A stretch of DNA of 64,000 nt from positions 19,158,001 to 19,222,000 of the forward strand of contig OZ024758.1 of assembly GCA_964016885.1 (NCBI GenBank), read 5' to 3'. The position numbers and the translations under genes are program-made. A model generated the notes under the pieces. The model ran no database searches. It saw nothing but the letters and a program-made list of their open reading frames with translations, and was not told the origin of the DNA. The stretch's first letter is position 1. Each line of letters starts with the position of its first letter. Below, in pieces: positions 28,259 to 46,630 of the stretch. The stretch comes from Eledone cirrhosa. Its lineage: Eukaryota.

Positions 28259-28932
28259 TCATTATTTCTGGCAATACTATGACATTGTGACCTTCACCAA
28301 ATATCACAATGTATATTGTCGGTGTGTGTGTGTAGGGGGTGTAGATTCTGGCGTGAAATCATAAAAAAGTCTAGCTTTCTAATTTTAAAAACAATACACA
28401 ATTAACCATGGAAAATGCAAATATGAATGTAAATATTATTACATACACACGAAACGTCGGTGGTACCCACATAAACACATTATCACTTATGAGAACAAGG
28501 TATACATATCTTGAACATAACACATGAGTCTGCATTGATTCATATATTCATGTTTTAATATATATTTGATTATGTGAAAAGTGTTTGTAAACAGCAGATA
28601 TTCTTTCAAGAAATTATTTGATGCTTTATATCGAATACAAATATTTATGTATTGTTACACTCTGTTTTCCTATCCCATAACGCCGTGCTGGAATATAGCG
28701 GTAATGGAATTTAATAATAACACAAACATACCAAGAATGTTCCGAAAGTATGACAAAATAAAAATAATATTTATTTTCCACGCAAAGAAGAAATATGGAT
28801 ACAAACAATACATATAATACATATAGTATATTAGCATCTTTTGGTCTTGTTTATCTTGGATTGAACACAACGACAAAATACGGAAAACGATATGAGACTT
28901 AGTTGGGCTCACGCACACATATATTGTATATT

Positions 28933-28995
<63 letters not shown>

Positions 28996-29049
28996 CGCAC
29001 AAATATCTATGCATGCATTCATGAATATATGTATGTATAGAGAGATGAA

Positions 29050-30494
<1,445 letters not shown>

Positions 30495-30503
30495 TTGTAT
30501 ATT

Positions 30504-30544
<41 letters not shown>

Positions 30545-30603
30545 ATATATATATATATATATTTGTATATATATATATATATATATATATTCGTATATAT
30601 ATA

Positions 30604-30650
<47 letters not shown>

Positions 30651-30827
30651 TTATATATTCGTATATATATATATATATATATATATATCTGTATATGTAT
30701 ATATACGTATGTATATATATTTGTATATATATATAAATGTATATATATTTGTATATATATATGTTTATTTATATATGTGTCTGTATATATATATATATAT
30801 ATATGAATGTATATATGTATGTATATA

Positions 30828-30876
<49 letters not shown>

Positions 30877-30991
30877 TTGTATATGTATATATGTATAAAT
30901 ATATACGTATATATATATGTATATATATATATGTATATATATATATATTTGTATATATATGTATAAATGTATATATCTATATATATATTTG

Positions 30992-31024
<33 letters not shown>

Positions 31025-31338
31025 GTGTGTATATATATATGTATGTATATATATGCATATATATATATATATATATATGTGTGTATATATATATGTATGT
31101 ATATATATGCATATATATATGTATATATATATATATATATGTGTATATATATGTATGTATATATATATGCATATATATATATATATCTGTATATATATAT
31201 ATGTATGTATATATATGTGCATATATATATGCATATATATTTGTATATTATATATATATGTATATATATTTGTATATATGTATATATATATATATATCTG
31301 TATATATATATATATATATATAATGTATATATATATAT
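30495..31338. repeat. Degenerate (TA)n microsatellite
   Basis: Directly visible. Confidence 0.95.
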
Positions 31339-31521
31339 AATTGTTTTCCTTTTTAAGCACAAGGCCAGCAATTACCCTATATATTACTGGTACTTTATTC
31401 TATCGACCCCGTAAGGATGAAAGGCAAAATTAACTTCGGCGGGATTTGAACTCAGATCATACTCTGTACTTTAAAGCATTGTGTCCGACGACTCACTACC
31501 GATACTGCCAATCCACCGCCC
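31338..31521 (-). mobile_element. Meta-like SINE
   Basis: Matches the family consensus. Confidence 0.9.
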
Positions 31522-31552
31522 TACATATATATTTATATATATATATAATGCG

Positions 31553-31600
<48 letters not shown>

Positions 31601-31641
31601 AATATTTATACATACATATATATATATATATACAAATATAT

Positions 31642-31734
<93 letters not shown>

Positions 31735-32501
31735 CTCACACACATATACATACCTTACTCATGTAGAAAACATATATATATAATGTATTCTATGCAATAG
31801 TTGTATCTTTGACCTTTCAGATGACATACCAATATTTCATCTAACAAAAACAAATCTGTGCCACATCACATTTGTTGAAATCTGCCATTTTGTTTTTCAG
31901 TTTTTATAGTTTTCAATACGTTTATATTTTTCCTTTTCTTTCCATATTTTGCCACTACTCTCGTCTTTCGTTCCCCCTTAACACTCTCGCCCATAATCTT
32001 ACTAGTTTGCACATTTTTTCCTGTTTCCCTCTCCAATTGTTTCGTTATATGTCATTTTATTTCAGTGTACAAAACATCATATAATTACTTTATCCTTTAA
32101 CCTAGATTAATAAATCATTATTCTGCTACAAATGGGATTTTTTATTTATTTATTTATTTATTTATTCATTTTTATGTATACAGTTATTTGTTTGTTTGTT
32201 TGATTATTTGTGTATTTGGTTGTTTTTGTTTTTATTATTTGGGTTTTCGATCTGTCTTTTTTTTCTTCTTGCTACATGTTCTAGTGCTGTTTTCGTGTTA
32301 TACCATTTCTTGCTAGTTAATTTGCATATCATGATCATCAGCACATGATTATGATCGTCACATCAGCATTATTATCACCATCATCATCGTCACATCATCA
32401 TTGCTATCACCTGCATCATCGCATCATCATTATGATAATTTTCTTCTTCTTATTATTATTATTATTATTATTATTATTCTTCTTCTTTCTACTATTACCA
32501 A

Positions 32502-32693
32502 TAATTGTTTCTACTTTTGGCACGAGGCCAGAAATTATTCCAGTGTACTACTGGTACTTTATTTTATCGACCCCGTAAGGATGAAAAGCAAAGGTAACCT
32601 CGGCGGGATTTGAACTCAGACCATAAAGGGCCGTAACTCTTTCTTGCAAAGCATGGCGTCCAACCCTCTACCGATACTGCCAATCCACCGCCC
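32502..32693 (-). mobile_element. Meta-like SINE, full length
   Basis: Matches the family consensus. Confidence 0.9.
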
Positions 32694-32707
32694 TTTTATA
32701 TAATAAT

Positions 32708-32890
32708 AATTGTTTCTACTTTTGGCACAAGACCTACATTACCCCAGTGTATTATTGATACTTCATTGTATCGACCCTGTAAGGGGAAAGTGAACCTCGG
32801 CGGGATTTGAACTCAAAACATAAAGGGCAGTACCACTATGCTGCAAAGTAAGGCGTCCCTCGCTCAACCGATACTGCTAATCTGCTGCCC
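32708..32890 (-). mobile_element. Meta-like SINE, tandem with the previous copy
   Basis: Matches the family consensus; older diverged relatives follow at about 32930-33150. Confidence 0.85.
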
Positions 32891-35462
32891 TTCATTTTAA
32901 CAAATAATAATAATAGTTACTCCTTCAGAGACGACGGTGTTCGACTTGCACTATATTTATCGACCTCAGAAAGACGACAGTCACAATTGTCTCTGGTGTG
33001 ATTTGAACTGAGAACACGAAGATCAGTAAATATAGATTGCATTTAGTTTTATCGGAGACTACTAATACACTGATACTATCAAATCACCGTCACAAGCAGT
33101 GATAAAGAATCGACCTCAGAAACGGATTTGTACTTTATTTATCGACCTGAAAATGTGCAGACGCAATGTTCGTCTAGATACTACACAGAAGGGGTTTAAC
33201 TCATAGAACAGAAAGACAAAACGGATGCTGTATATCATTCGAAAAGCCCCAATTCTCATCCAATCAAACCACCACATTATAATTACTCTGATGATGATGA
33301 TGATGATGATGATTGTTAATTTTCTTATAGCTTCTATAGTTGTACTATTAATAACGCTCTTCTGAATGAACACTTATTTCGTCTAATAATGTAGTAGGCA
33401 TGGTTGATTTCGACGTTGTTATAATTTGTGTAGTTTCTATATTGCCGTGGAAATTACTCGCGGTGTTTATTATATTCCTATTAGCAGTCTGCCGTTGTTA
33501 TTTTTACTGTTGATGTAGATTTAACAACTGTTTATTCATTCTCAGCGTTTTTCATGAGTATACTTTTGTTATCTCTAGTGTTCTGTGTTTTACTAATTTT
33601 CTTTACATTTTTCCTATTCATTTTTGTTCATGTTTTTGTTATTCGTATCTTCGTTGTTGATTTTTCTAGTTTGTTTCTTTTTTGGCTGTGTGTATAGACT
33701 CCATTGTTGCTAATACAGCTGCGCTGTTAACTTGACTTGCTTTTGTGGTGTTATTTCTAGACTGAGCGTTGTTAATTTCCATGGCCCACAACCGATTCTA
33801 TGGTGCGATTGCTTATGTTGTATTCGTTGGACTTCATTTCCTATACTATAAATGTTGTCCTTAATTATTTTGTCAAGTGTTGTGTTTATTTTCCGCCATT
33901 TTCCATGCTTGTTTTTGTGGTAATAATGATGATTACTAGTATTTGTTTTATCTTTTTCCCTATTGATGCCACGGCAATTGTTGATATAGCATTTATTTAT
34001 GAATAGTCAATTGGTAAATGGCTAGCGATGAAACATTTGAAAATTAGCAGGTTGTGCACATCTGTCATATAATTTGAAACTAACATAAATAACATAGTAA
34101 ATAAGGAAAATATAAATAAAGAAATAAATATCTAAATAAATGGATGGGGGGGGGGGAGAAAACAAAATAAAACGAAACAAAATGGCGGATGTGTGAAAGT
34201 ACTACCATGGGAGTTTTCAACACGTAACACATCGCTTTGTCGGACAACACACTTGATAACAGTTAATGATAAATTTACTTCAGTGGAATGTCAGCCACGC
34301 TATACGGTCATTCTTTATGTAAATTATCTGCGAACGTTATCATTATAACGGATAGCCGCGAAAAGTGATACCATTTCACAATAACTCAACTATAGTATGA
34401 AATGCGGTGTTGATGCATCTCTTTAATTTAGCATGCGTTCACTGTTGTAGTGTGTGTTTGTGTTAATAAGTCTAAGACAATGAAACGTACTTAGATATTT
34501 ACAAACATACACAGGAATAAGAACGATGACTTACATGAGCATACGCAGAAACTTACAAATAGATACATATAAAATATATTATATGGACATAGACAATTGC
34601 AAATGTATATTTATGTACAAGTATATGTACGAATGCTTATAGGAATGTATGCATGAACATTTACGTACGAATGTATGTATGTGTTTGTGTAAGTATGTAT
34701 ATGTTTATGTTCTTCTGTTTTTGTAAGTATGTATGTATCTATAGATGTATGTATTTACGGCCATCCAAAGAGTACTTTTTTCCACCTAGGATTGAACGGC
34801 CCGCAGTTGTTGTCAGAAGACCTTTCTAAGAGAGGGGAAACTCGGAAAAAAAACCCTGCCGTTTCAGAAGGAGTCGATGATGTTTACAAGTTCTACTATT
34901 CGGGGGTTTTTTTTCGATGCCCAGAGAGTGTGAGTTCCCCACTTAAAAAACATTGAAAGCACAGGCATTGCTTGTTCAGGATATATTACAAGCGATTGCA
35001 ATACTCTCAGCAGAGTCAACAGCCATCATGTATTTATGTATGTAAGACCAGTGGTCGAGACACATTTTTTCCACACGTCTAACATGAATAGATTCCAAAG
35101 AAACGATAACCTGCAATATGTTGTATATTTCCTCTATGATAACGTCTAAGACAAGCTAAATTGAAATATATCCAGTCACATTCATAGCACAAGATGTCAT
35201 CGTGGGCATCTGAAATTCCATTTAGAGTAACAGCTTAGAAATACGATGAACTGGCATTCTTTCAACATAGCTACAAGCTCACAAAAAGAAAACAGGGATT
35301 CAAAGCGGAAGTGATGTTCACCACAGCAACATGTGCATAAGCTTCTACCCACATATAATAGTGTCTATTTATTTTACTGCAAATGAAAACAAATGGAGTT
35401 AGGCTCATTTTTATTTCTTTTATTATTTCATTGTTTATCCATATTTATATGCACACACACTA

Positions 35463-35680
<218 letters not shown>

Positions 35681-35799
35681 AAATAAATATTGACATACCT
35701 TTAGTGAATGCGACCATTTCTGTTGGAAGCTCCCGGATAGTTGCTTTATATCAGTTATGAAAATATTTGCTTGTTGTATCCCAACAATTTAAATAGAAC

Positions 35800-35860
<61 letters not shown>

Positions 35861-35957
35861 ATCAAAAGATGGTTAAAGGAGTTCCGTGTATTTTATTATG
35901 CGCATTTCAAAAACATATATATATATATATATGTGTGTGTGTGTTTGTGTGTGTGTC

Positions 35958-36115
35958 GGATGGTAGCTAAGATGCTTCCAACAGTGGTAAGACGGTTGAG
36001 CACTCTATGCTCTTACAGAGTACAGTATGATATAATATAACACGAACAATCAGTGATGCATCTGAACTCAATTTATTGTGTGTTACAATTGTTTCGCCGC
36101 CGGGCAGCTCGAGAC
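35958..36115 (-). mobile_element. Probable pLTR tail with an HHR 3' half
   Basis: Minus strand: gctgcc cggcggc GAAA caattg TA acac. The same GAAA-CAATTG-TH signature occurs at 55749 and 61800. Confidence 0.45.
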
Positions 36116-36178
36116 GCAATCATTGCGTGCATCTGTCTAATTCTGAGGGTCCATAGTATATATATATATATATACAAA

Positions 36179-36259
36179 TAGGCAGGACCCCGACGGCCCT
36201 GTTCCAGCCGCTACGACAGCTAGATCCGACTAGTGCGTTATGGTCCACTGGTTCCTTAC

Positions 36260-36262
<3 letters not shown>
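36179..36262. mobile_element. Family A-related copy with an orientation switch
   Basis: GGACCCCGACGGC..AGCCG..CGACAGCTAG (antisense) is joined to GTGCGTTATGGTCCACTGGTTCCTTACCAC (sense). Confidence 0.6.
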
Positions 36263-36309
<47 letters not shown>

Positions 36310-36816
36310 ATGTGTGTGTACATAGAAATGATTATTCCGTATTATTCCATGATCGAAATTGTATCTCAATAAATTTAAGTACCAGGCAAGTATTCGGGTT
36401 AGATTTAATCACATTTGTGTCTTCGTTGAAATAGTAGAAATATATATTAGAGATAGAATAAGAAGGAAATAGAATGGGAACAGTAGAAACAGATAGAAAG
36501 AAAGAATGGGAGAGAGAGGTGAGGCTGAGAGTGAATGACAGTAGGAGAACGTGCGTCGCAAAAGTCGACACATTATTTAATGGCAAATGTACAGTAAATG
36601 TGAGACCATGTATGTTTGAGAGATTATAACAAATATGGCGGTACTTAATTCTAGATGTTATATTACTCTAGAATTCCACATTCAACTTTTATAGTAGTCT
36701 AGGTGTTCAAATGAATCTTTTATATTGGTCTACAATCCTAATTATTACCTCTATATACGTCTCAATATTCAATTACAACATTTTATAGTCGAATCATATT
36801 CGCTGAACATCGAACG

Positions 36817-36981
<165 letters not shown>

Positions 36982-37682
36982 GAATATATACATATATTCA
37001 TGAATTTATATATGTATCTATATATAAATATGTATATATATATATATATGTGTGTGTAAGTATGGATGTATGAACGTGTTTGAGTTAATGTATACAGTAA
37101 GTTGTAAAACGGCGCTTCATAAGGATTAGTAAAATGCCATTATATCACCCACAAATTACTACATATGTATTAATTTCCACACAACTATACCAGACACTAG
37201 ACATTTGTTTAAATACACTACTACTTACCCTCCTTATATGTCTTAATGAAATACGCTTCATGTATTCCATTGTGAATTTCTGTTGTGTACTTAAATCTAC
37301 AGGCCATGTTTCATTTAACCTCAGAAAATAGTAACGATATTGTCTCATAAAGTGTTACGGGGACAAAGTTGCTTTATTGTTACATGGGCATAGATATGGT
37401 TAAGATATTAAATACTTCAGATTCAATCACGAGGTAGCGGATTCGATCACATTGCATGGCATCTATGTGATTAGTTTTCTACAGTATTCCATAACCCACC
37501 GTAGAATTTGGTTGAATTTCTGTAAACAGAGATTCGGTAGATGTCGTTAGATGAAATGTATATGTATCTCAAATTATCTGATTCCTCACATAGGTCTGTG
37601 AAAATATCACCCACATATATATATATGTGCATGTACCGGTATGTCTATGTACCTGAGTCTGTATCCGTTAAATCATTGTCCT

Positions 37683-37709
37683 GCTTCTTCTTCTTCTTGT
37701 TCTTCTTCG

Positions 37710-37758
<49 letters not shown>

Positions 37759-38023
37759 GCTTTTGTTGTTGTTGTTGTGGGCGGTGTTGTTGTTGTGGGT
37801 GGTGTTGTTGTTGTTGGTGATGTTGCTGTTGTTGTTGGTGGTGTTGTTGTTGTTGGTGATGTTGTTGTTGGTGGTGGTGGTGGTGGTGGTGGTGGTGTTG
37901 TTGTTCTTGTTCTTCTTCTTCTTCTTCTTCTTCTTCTGCTGCTGCTGCTGCTGCTGCTGCTTCTTTTTTTCTTCTTCTTCTTCTTCTTCTTTTCTTCTTC
38001 TTCTTCTTATTATTATTATTATT
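37683..38023. repeat. Compound trinucleotide tract (CTT)(GTT)(GGT)(CTG)(TAT)
   Basis: Directly visible; abuts the 3' end of the R4/Dong fragment. Confidence 0.95.
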
Positions 38024-38930
38024 AATGTTCTTTGAGTCTCAGTCATTGATGTTAGTTAACTGGAAAGTTTGTTGAAATGAGTATCAAGCCACTACCTCCA
38101 GCCTCAGATATTCAGGACGTATCGCAGGGTTCTTGCTGTTCCCAGCAAGCATGCCTTTTGAAGCGTTCCAAAAAGCGTGGCGGGGCCAATTTTCTTTAAC
38201 CATTCCTGGAAACTTTTTCATATAGTACCTAGTGCGCCTATGACAATCGGGACCACTTTGACTTCATTGCAGTTCCAAATCCTTTTTACCTCCCACTTTA
38301 GGTCCTGGTATCGGTTAATTTTCTCACTCTCCTTCTCTTGCACTCTCGTGTCGAATGGGCAGGCCACATCCACAATCAGGCACGATATTTTTTCCTTGTC
38401 CAAAACCACCAGCTCAGGTCTATTGTGTTCCAGTTTCTTGTCCGTCTGTATCCTAAAATCCCACAGCACCTTCAACTGAACGTTTTCTATCACCGACTCT
38501 GGCTTATGCTCATTCCACTTCTCAGAATGTGGTAAATTGTTTACTTTGCATAGGTGCCAGTGGATCACCCTGCCCATCACATCATGTCTCCAGGCCTTAT
38601 AGTGAGTATGGGCTAGGTGCTTACACTCGGATACAATGTGAGCCACAGTTTCCTCTCTCTTTCTCCACAGATCCTGCACAATGGGCTAGCCTCCTCCTTG
38701 TAAATATGGTGTTTCAACCACTTCGTTTTGAGGGCCTGCTCTTGCGCAGCCATTAGCATTCCTTCTGTAGCCTTTATAAGGTCTCCTCTTTTTAACCAGT
38801 TCCATGTCTGTGGATCTCTGAATTCAGTTTTCTCAAAGAAGGTACTAGGAAGGGATTTTCTCCTTGTTGTAATTTCCTCCTTGCACATCCCCTGGTCTAT
38901 TGTCCTCTCCTTCAGTACAATTCTGAGCTT
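38024..38930 (-). mobile_element. 5'-truncated R4/Dong-clade non-LTR retrotransposon (CCHC zinc knuckle plus restriction-like endonuclease), frameshifted
   Basis: ORFs 38613..38888 and 38218..38679 join as TEGMLMAAQEQAL...CRICGE/REETVAHIVSEC...RHD...LWDFRIQTDKKLEHNRPELVVLDK...IVDVACP...EKINRYQDL. Both ends lie in (TAA)n. Confidence 0.92.
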
Positions 38931-38942
38931 TATTATTATATT

Positions 38943-39130
38943 GGTGGATTGGCAGTATCGGTAGAGGGTCGGACGCCATGCTTTCCAGCATATTTACGTC
39001 CCTTTACGATCTGAGTTCAAATCCCGCCGAGGTTGACTTTGCCTTTCATCCTTACGGGATCGATAAAATAAAAGTACCTGTAATGCACTGGGTAATTGCT
39101 GGCCTTGTGCCTAAAGTAGAAACAATTATT
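38943..39130 (+). mobile_element. Meta-like SINE
   Basis: Matches the family consensus; (ATT)n tail. Confidence 0.9.
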
Positions 39131-39194
39131 ATTATTATTATTATTTTAATTTTTATTCTTTTCATTCTTTTTTTCTTTTTCTTTATCTTTTTCC

Positions 39195-39432
39195 TCTTCT
39201 TCATCATCTTCGCCCAGTTAAACTGTTGGCTTTCTCCGTAAAATCTATCCAGCGATTCTTTTCTGAGACATTCTAACCACATGCCCCTGATATCTCAAAT
39301 AAGAGAAGTAGCGTCTCTACCTGAGGTGACTCATTGATCTCGAGTAACATTACTCCAAAAACCCTACGGAGGAGCCCCATATTGGCCGCTTGTATTCGCG
39401 ATCTTACTATTTCGTTTCGATCACTACCCTGC
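39195..39432 (-). mobile_element. Decayed RTE-clade LINE 3' fragment
   Basis: Minus strand translates VRSRIQAANMGLLRRVFGV...GHVVRM, matching the IQAAEMxFLRR and GHVxRM motifs. Confidence 0.7.
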
Positions 39433-39820
39433 TTTAACGTGTTTATTCATAACAGTTTGATAATTAAATATCGATTAAGTACGTACGTGACTGATATATA
39501 CACTGAGATCGATATAATTGTAGCAATAATTGAAGGCTATGCCTAAGCCCAACAAAACTTTAATGCAGAACAAATACACAAATAATTAAACATAGTATGA
39601 AATATTACATCTCCTGATCCCATATAAGGTAATTATTGTTTTGAAATGTTATACAAGCTTTGGGCGTTTATCCACATTCCTAAGTAATGTCATATTTGTA
39701 TTTACATAGCCAGCATAAAAAAAGCGCCTTTTACCTCAGGGTATATATCGGCTTTTGAAGATCTATCGGAAGATGACAAATGTGTGTGTGGTGTGTATAT
39801 ATGTGTGTGAGTATATATAG

Positions 39821-39866
<46 letters not shown>

Positions 39867-40004
39867 ATATATATGTGTGTGTTTGTGTGTATATATATAT
39901 ATGTGTGTGTGTATGTGTGTGTATATAGGTGTGTGTGTATAATGTGTGGTTGTGTGTGTGTATATATATATATATATGTGCGTGTGTATATATATAGATG
40001 TGTG

Positions 40005-40081
<77 letters not shown>

Positions 40082-40753
40082 ATGTGTGTATATATATGTT
40101 TGTGTGTACATATATATGTGTGGTTGCGAGTGTGTGTATATATGTAGGTGTGGTTGTGTGTGTGTATATATATATATAATTTTTGTTTTGCACTAAATTA
40201 GTCATAGAAGGCGTGTGAGCAAATATTCCAAGCCATTAATAATTTTGTGATCGATGCATTGATGATTTTCAGCTTCAAAGTATATAGCTTAATACGTGCA
40301 GGAAAGGCGTGAATGTAGAGGAAGAAACTTCAAGTTCCTTGGGTTCATAGCGAGGATACGTGTGTGTGTGTGTGCCTACCAGGTCATGGATTGAGTCGGG
40401 ATATAAATGGCCCTGGTGGAGAGGGTACGGCACTGACATGTCATACAATGTGCTGTGTGCATTTTTAGAAGACATCTCCGGGTTGGAAAAAAGCAGATTT
40501 TTTCAATGGTTGAATCGAAAGCAAAGAAGGTGATTTAGCTTAAATATGAGTGTAATAAACCAGAACGAATATCGAGGTTTTTAATCCACAGCGTTAATGA
40601 TTCCTATTAGCTTTGGTGCTCTGTTCCTGATACTCATTGATGTATTCTATTAATATGGGAGAGCTGGATGTCCAACAACTGTTAGCATTTGCCTGCAGAA
40701 CTGCACGCATATATACATACGTGGGTTCACAAACCAAACACACAAACACACAC

Positions 40754-41695
<942 letters not shown>

Positions 41696-41717
41696 AAGTA
41701 TTATTATTATTATATCT

Positions 41718-41977
41718 TATTGGCAGTATCGGTAGAGAGTCGGACACCATGCTTTGAAGAATATAGTTACGTCCCTGAATGATCTGAGTTCAAATTGGCA
41801 GTATCGGTAGAGGGTTGGACGCCATGCTTTTATGCATAGAGTTACGGCCCTTGCCATTCTGAGTTCAAATCCCGCCTAGTTTAACTTTGCCTTTCATCCT
41901 TACGGGGTCGATAAAATAAAGTACCAGTAATGCACTGGGATCATTTCTGGCCTTGTGCCTAAAGTAGAAACAATTAT
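41718..41977 (+). mobile_element. Meta-like SINE with a duplicated tRNA-like head
   Basis: A head at 41718-41795 is followed by a complete copy from 41794. Confidence 0.85.
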
Positions 41978-44732
41978 TGTTTCTTCGTCGTAGATATGAA
42001 TTTGTAAGTACAATATTATAAGATTTTAAAGCGCTGAAACTATAAACATGGCAGAAATAAGACAGCATAGATTGAGAAGATGAGCAATGCAGAAAAACAC
42101 TCGAGGCAATACGGGTGGCTGGAGGAATGTTATATAATATATGGGAAGGAGAAAGGCTTAGTATCAGGTGGTGGGTAAGAAGAAGAACATGTAAGTCTTA
42201 TGCAAAAATGTTAGGAGTCTCAAGTGACGCAAGAAGGAGATGACAAATCAGAGCGATTAAGCTTTTATTTTGATGTGTTTTTTACGTTGGCGAATAATAT
42301 ACACTTAAAATAATGCAAAGATGATTTCAAATTTAAATTATAAAAACGTTAAATTTGTAGCTAAGTGTAAGAATGACAGTTTTTAAAATTAAATGTCAGA
42401 AACACACAGTTAGAAAGAATGTAGTTACGTAAATATTTATTGATTATTTATATTAAGAAAATTACGAGTTTATATTAGTTAAGGACAGAAACGTTAGTGT
42501 AAGTAGGTTTGATGAATTAAAATGAGTAAAGTCCAATTAGAAGAAAATATTTCTTAATATGTATTTTGAAATGTTCCAGTGATGTCATAATATTCTCTAG
42601 AATCTCATTCAGATAACCAACGAGTGTATATTTTTTATTCAAATTGAAAGTATTGATCTAAGTCGAAGCAATAAAAAAGTATTAAATTTATGAATTTAGG
42701 GCTCGTGACTGTTAGTGACCTCGAAGCTTCACCCTCGTGATATAACCATTTAATGACGATTTAGCCATTGTAAACCTTATTACAGGGCACCAGTCTCTAG
42801 GTCTGAATACAGTTGATTCTTTCTAGCGACCGATTCAACGAAATGAGAAAGAGTTATAGTGGAAGATCCTATCCCATTACTTAGATTCTTTATTTATCTA
42901 CCTCGGTGCAATTGAGAATTATGGTGCAGTAGCCCGAGGCAAATACAGTAAAGCATTGTACCCGACAATTCGTGGTCTAGCTATTGGTAAACTAAATCAC
43001 AATGTGATACCTTTAAAATCCGCTTTTGTTTCAGGAAATAAGATATCATTTAGAGTAAAGGTGGTGTACATATACCGTAAAAGGCCAGGCTTGATTTGGT
43101 AAGAAGCTGGTAAATTAGAATGTATATATGTGTGTGTGTGTGTATGCATATGTAAACAATGTAGATACGGAGAGAGGAAAAAAGAAAGTGAATGTCTGAC
43201 AGGGAGCTGTAACAAATCTTTATGGAAAGTAAAAGATTATAGCATTTAAACGTGTTTACAAATTCTAATCCCAGCCAATTCTATATATGTCTATATATAA
43301 ATAGTAAATATAGTATATGCTATACCAGATTGATCTTTAATACATAGTGTTTTCTATTATTCTGCGATCGTCTAAAAAATGTTTAATTTCACGCCACTTC
43401 ATTAAATCATATTTAAAGGTATCTAAAATATTAAGTGATACTATATTTTTTTCTTTCTTAACAGATATCAGGGTATAAAATGTAACGAAAATGTTATGTG
43501 CTCAATTTATTTCACTGTTTATTTCTATATCAATATGATAATGTTGTGTTAATTGCAAAATTATCGACGAAAATGTCGATGCTTTAAAGTTTTTATTGAC
43601 TGTTGCATTCGCGTAGCTGCTGTTTTATCGTTTTTAGTGTTTTCTGTCATTTACGTTTTACATAGTTTTAGGATTTGGTTGTTACTGTTGCGGTTTTTTT
43701 AAAACTTTGTATGCTTAAGGAAATCATTTCATTGATTAATATTGTTTGTCTTAAATATTAATGAGAGAATAATGCACGCAACGTTTCGATAATGATGAAT
43801 AAATTTCATATTTGAGGTATTTCTTCTTTCTCAGCTGAAATCAAATATGTTCTTACCTAGAGAGATATGGGCACTACCACATTTATGGTGTGTCAGGAAG
43901 GTAACTCCATGTCACCACCATGAACTAAGAGCCGTTTACTTTTTCAAAATGCTTGAATCAGAGCAGTTTCTGGCCAAAATATTGCACATAATTAGTGTTT
44001 TCTATATAAGGTATGTTTTCCTTAAATCCTCTCGCTGTTAAAGCATAATTAAATGCGATGTTTGATATCTGTTTGTTAATGCTACTGTGTGTTTAACTTT
44101 AATGGGCTGGAGAAGATAATTTAGTTACACACAAAAACATTTTTCAGGGAAGTATTTGCCCGTATTCAATTGTAAGTTATGACTAGAAAACACACAACCT
44201 TGACACTAGTGTTAAATATTTTTAGTTTATTTGACGTGGATTGTTTATTAGCAAGTCAATGATACTCTTATCGAATTCGGTTCATTCAGCCGTAGTTGGA
44301 AAATAATTTTAAAAGCAGTTTCTGGAAAAACAGAGCTATAGAGAAAAACATTTCCCTACAACTTTCAACAATATTGTTGATGTGATAATCCAAGCAAGAA
44401 AATATAATTGAAAGTGAAAATAATACAAAACATAACAATATGTTTAACCGAAGAAAAGCCATAGCGAGAATCATCTCGATAATAATTAACTCCCACTTAA
44501 TACATAAGACAACTCAACAAGACACGATAAAACTATTACAGAAAATAAAAGCTGATAAGAAAACATAGAGTACCTCTTGTAACACAAATGTAATCAATAT
44601 GGGAAAACATTTTGTGATTATCAAGAAACACAAAGTTATATATGTGTAGTAACCATGTAAAGAATATAACGTATAGTCTTCAAAATATGCTTAAATGAAT
44701 ATACAGCATACAAATATACTATGCATACATTC

Positions 44733-44796
<64 letters not shown>

Positions 44797-44847
44797 TATT
44801 ATCAAATATACTATACATACATTCATATATATATATATATATATGTA

Positions 44848-45265
44848 ATGTAGGAGGTGAGTTTTATTGTAGTACAATAAAGCAATGCAGATATCGAATA
44901 AGAAGCACTCTACAGTTTGTAGGACTGGAGTATACATATCTTTCTCAGTTATAAAAACTATCTCTCTCTCTCTATCACCCATCTCTCCCTCTCCACCTTC
45001 ACTCTCATCTCCTCCCCTTTTGTTCCTCCTTTCCACCCCCTCTCTAAATAAAATATATTTTTCCCAATATCACACATCAATCTAAAACTACTTCTCATAT
45101 GTTGATTTAAAACTGCACTATCCACAAGTGTTTTTTAGCCTTCATATCATGTCCTCCTGTTTTATCTGATGAAAACACAAATATTATTGCATGATGATGT
45201 TTGTTTTTGAAATTCGCATAATAAAATACATGGAACTCCTTTAACCATCTTTTGATCTTATATAT
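44848..45265 (+). mobile_element. Longer family C Penelope-like 3' fragment
   Basis: Contains the same pLTR as 26661-26828. The upstream QISNKKHSTVCRTG / IHIFLSYK weakly resembles a GIY-YIG C-terminal part. Confidence 0.65.
45160..45226 (+). ncRNA. Minimal type-I hammerhead ribozyme, second family C copy
   Basis: ttttat CTGATGA [long helix II] GAAA ttcgca TA ataaaa. One substitution breaks the helix III palindrome. Confidence 0.72.
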
Positions 45266-46410
<1,145 letters not shown>

Positions 46411-46630
46411 CATTAATGTATGTATAGTTTATTTGATAAGATACTGTATGTTCATTTTTTTATAACATTTTGAAGACCATTCGCTATAAGTTTTAAAGTG
46501 GTAGTGTCATTTACTTAGACTCGGCAAAATAAAGGAAAGCAACCGAAGGCCATTTATCGCTCGTTAGCGGTTAACAAGATTGCATATCCCTTCGCTTGTG
46601 CCGAGCTTTATAGAAGCTATATATAATTAT

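Noticed and set aside
34175-34260. YY1-like CAAAATGGCGG as a promoter
   Set aside because: A single motif with no identifiable downstream exon or gene.
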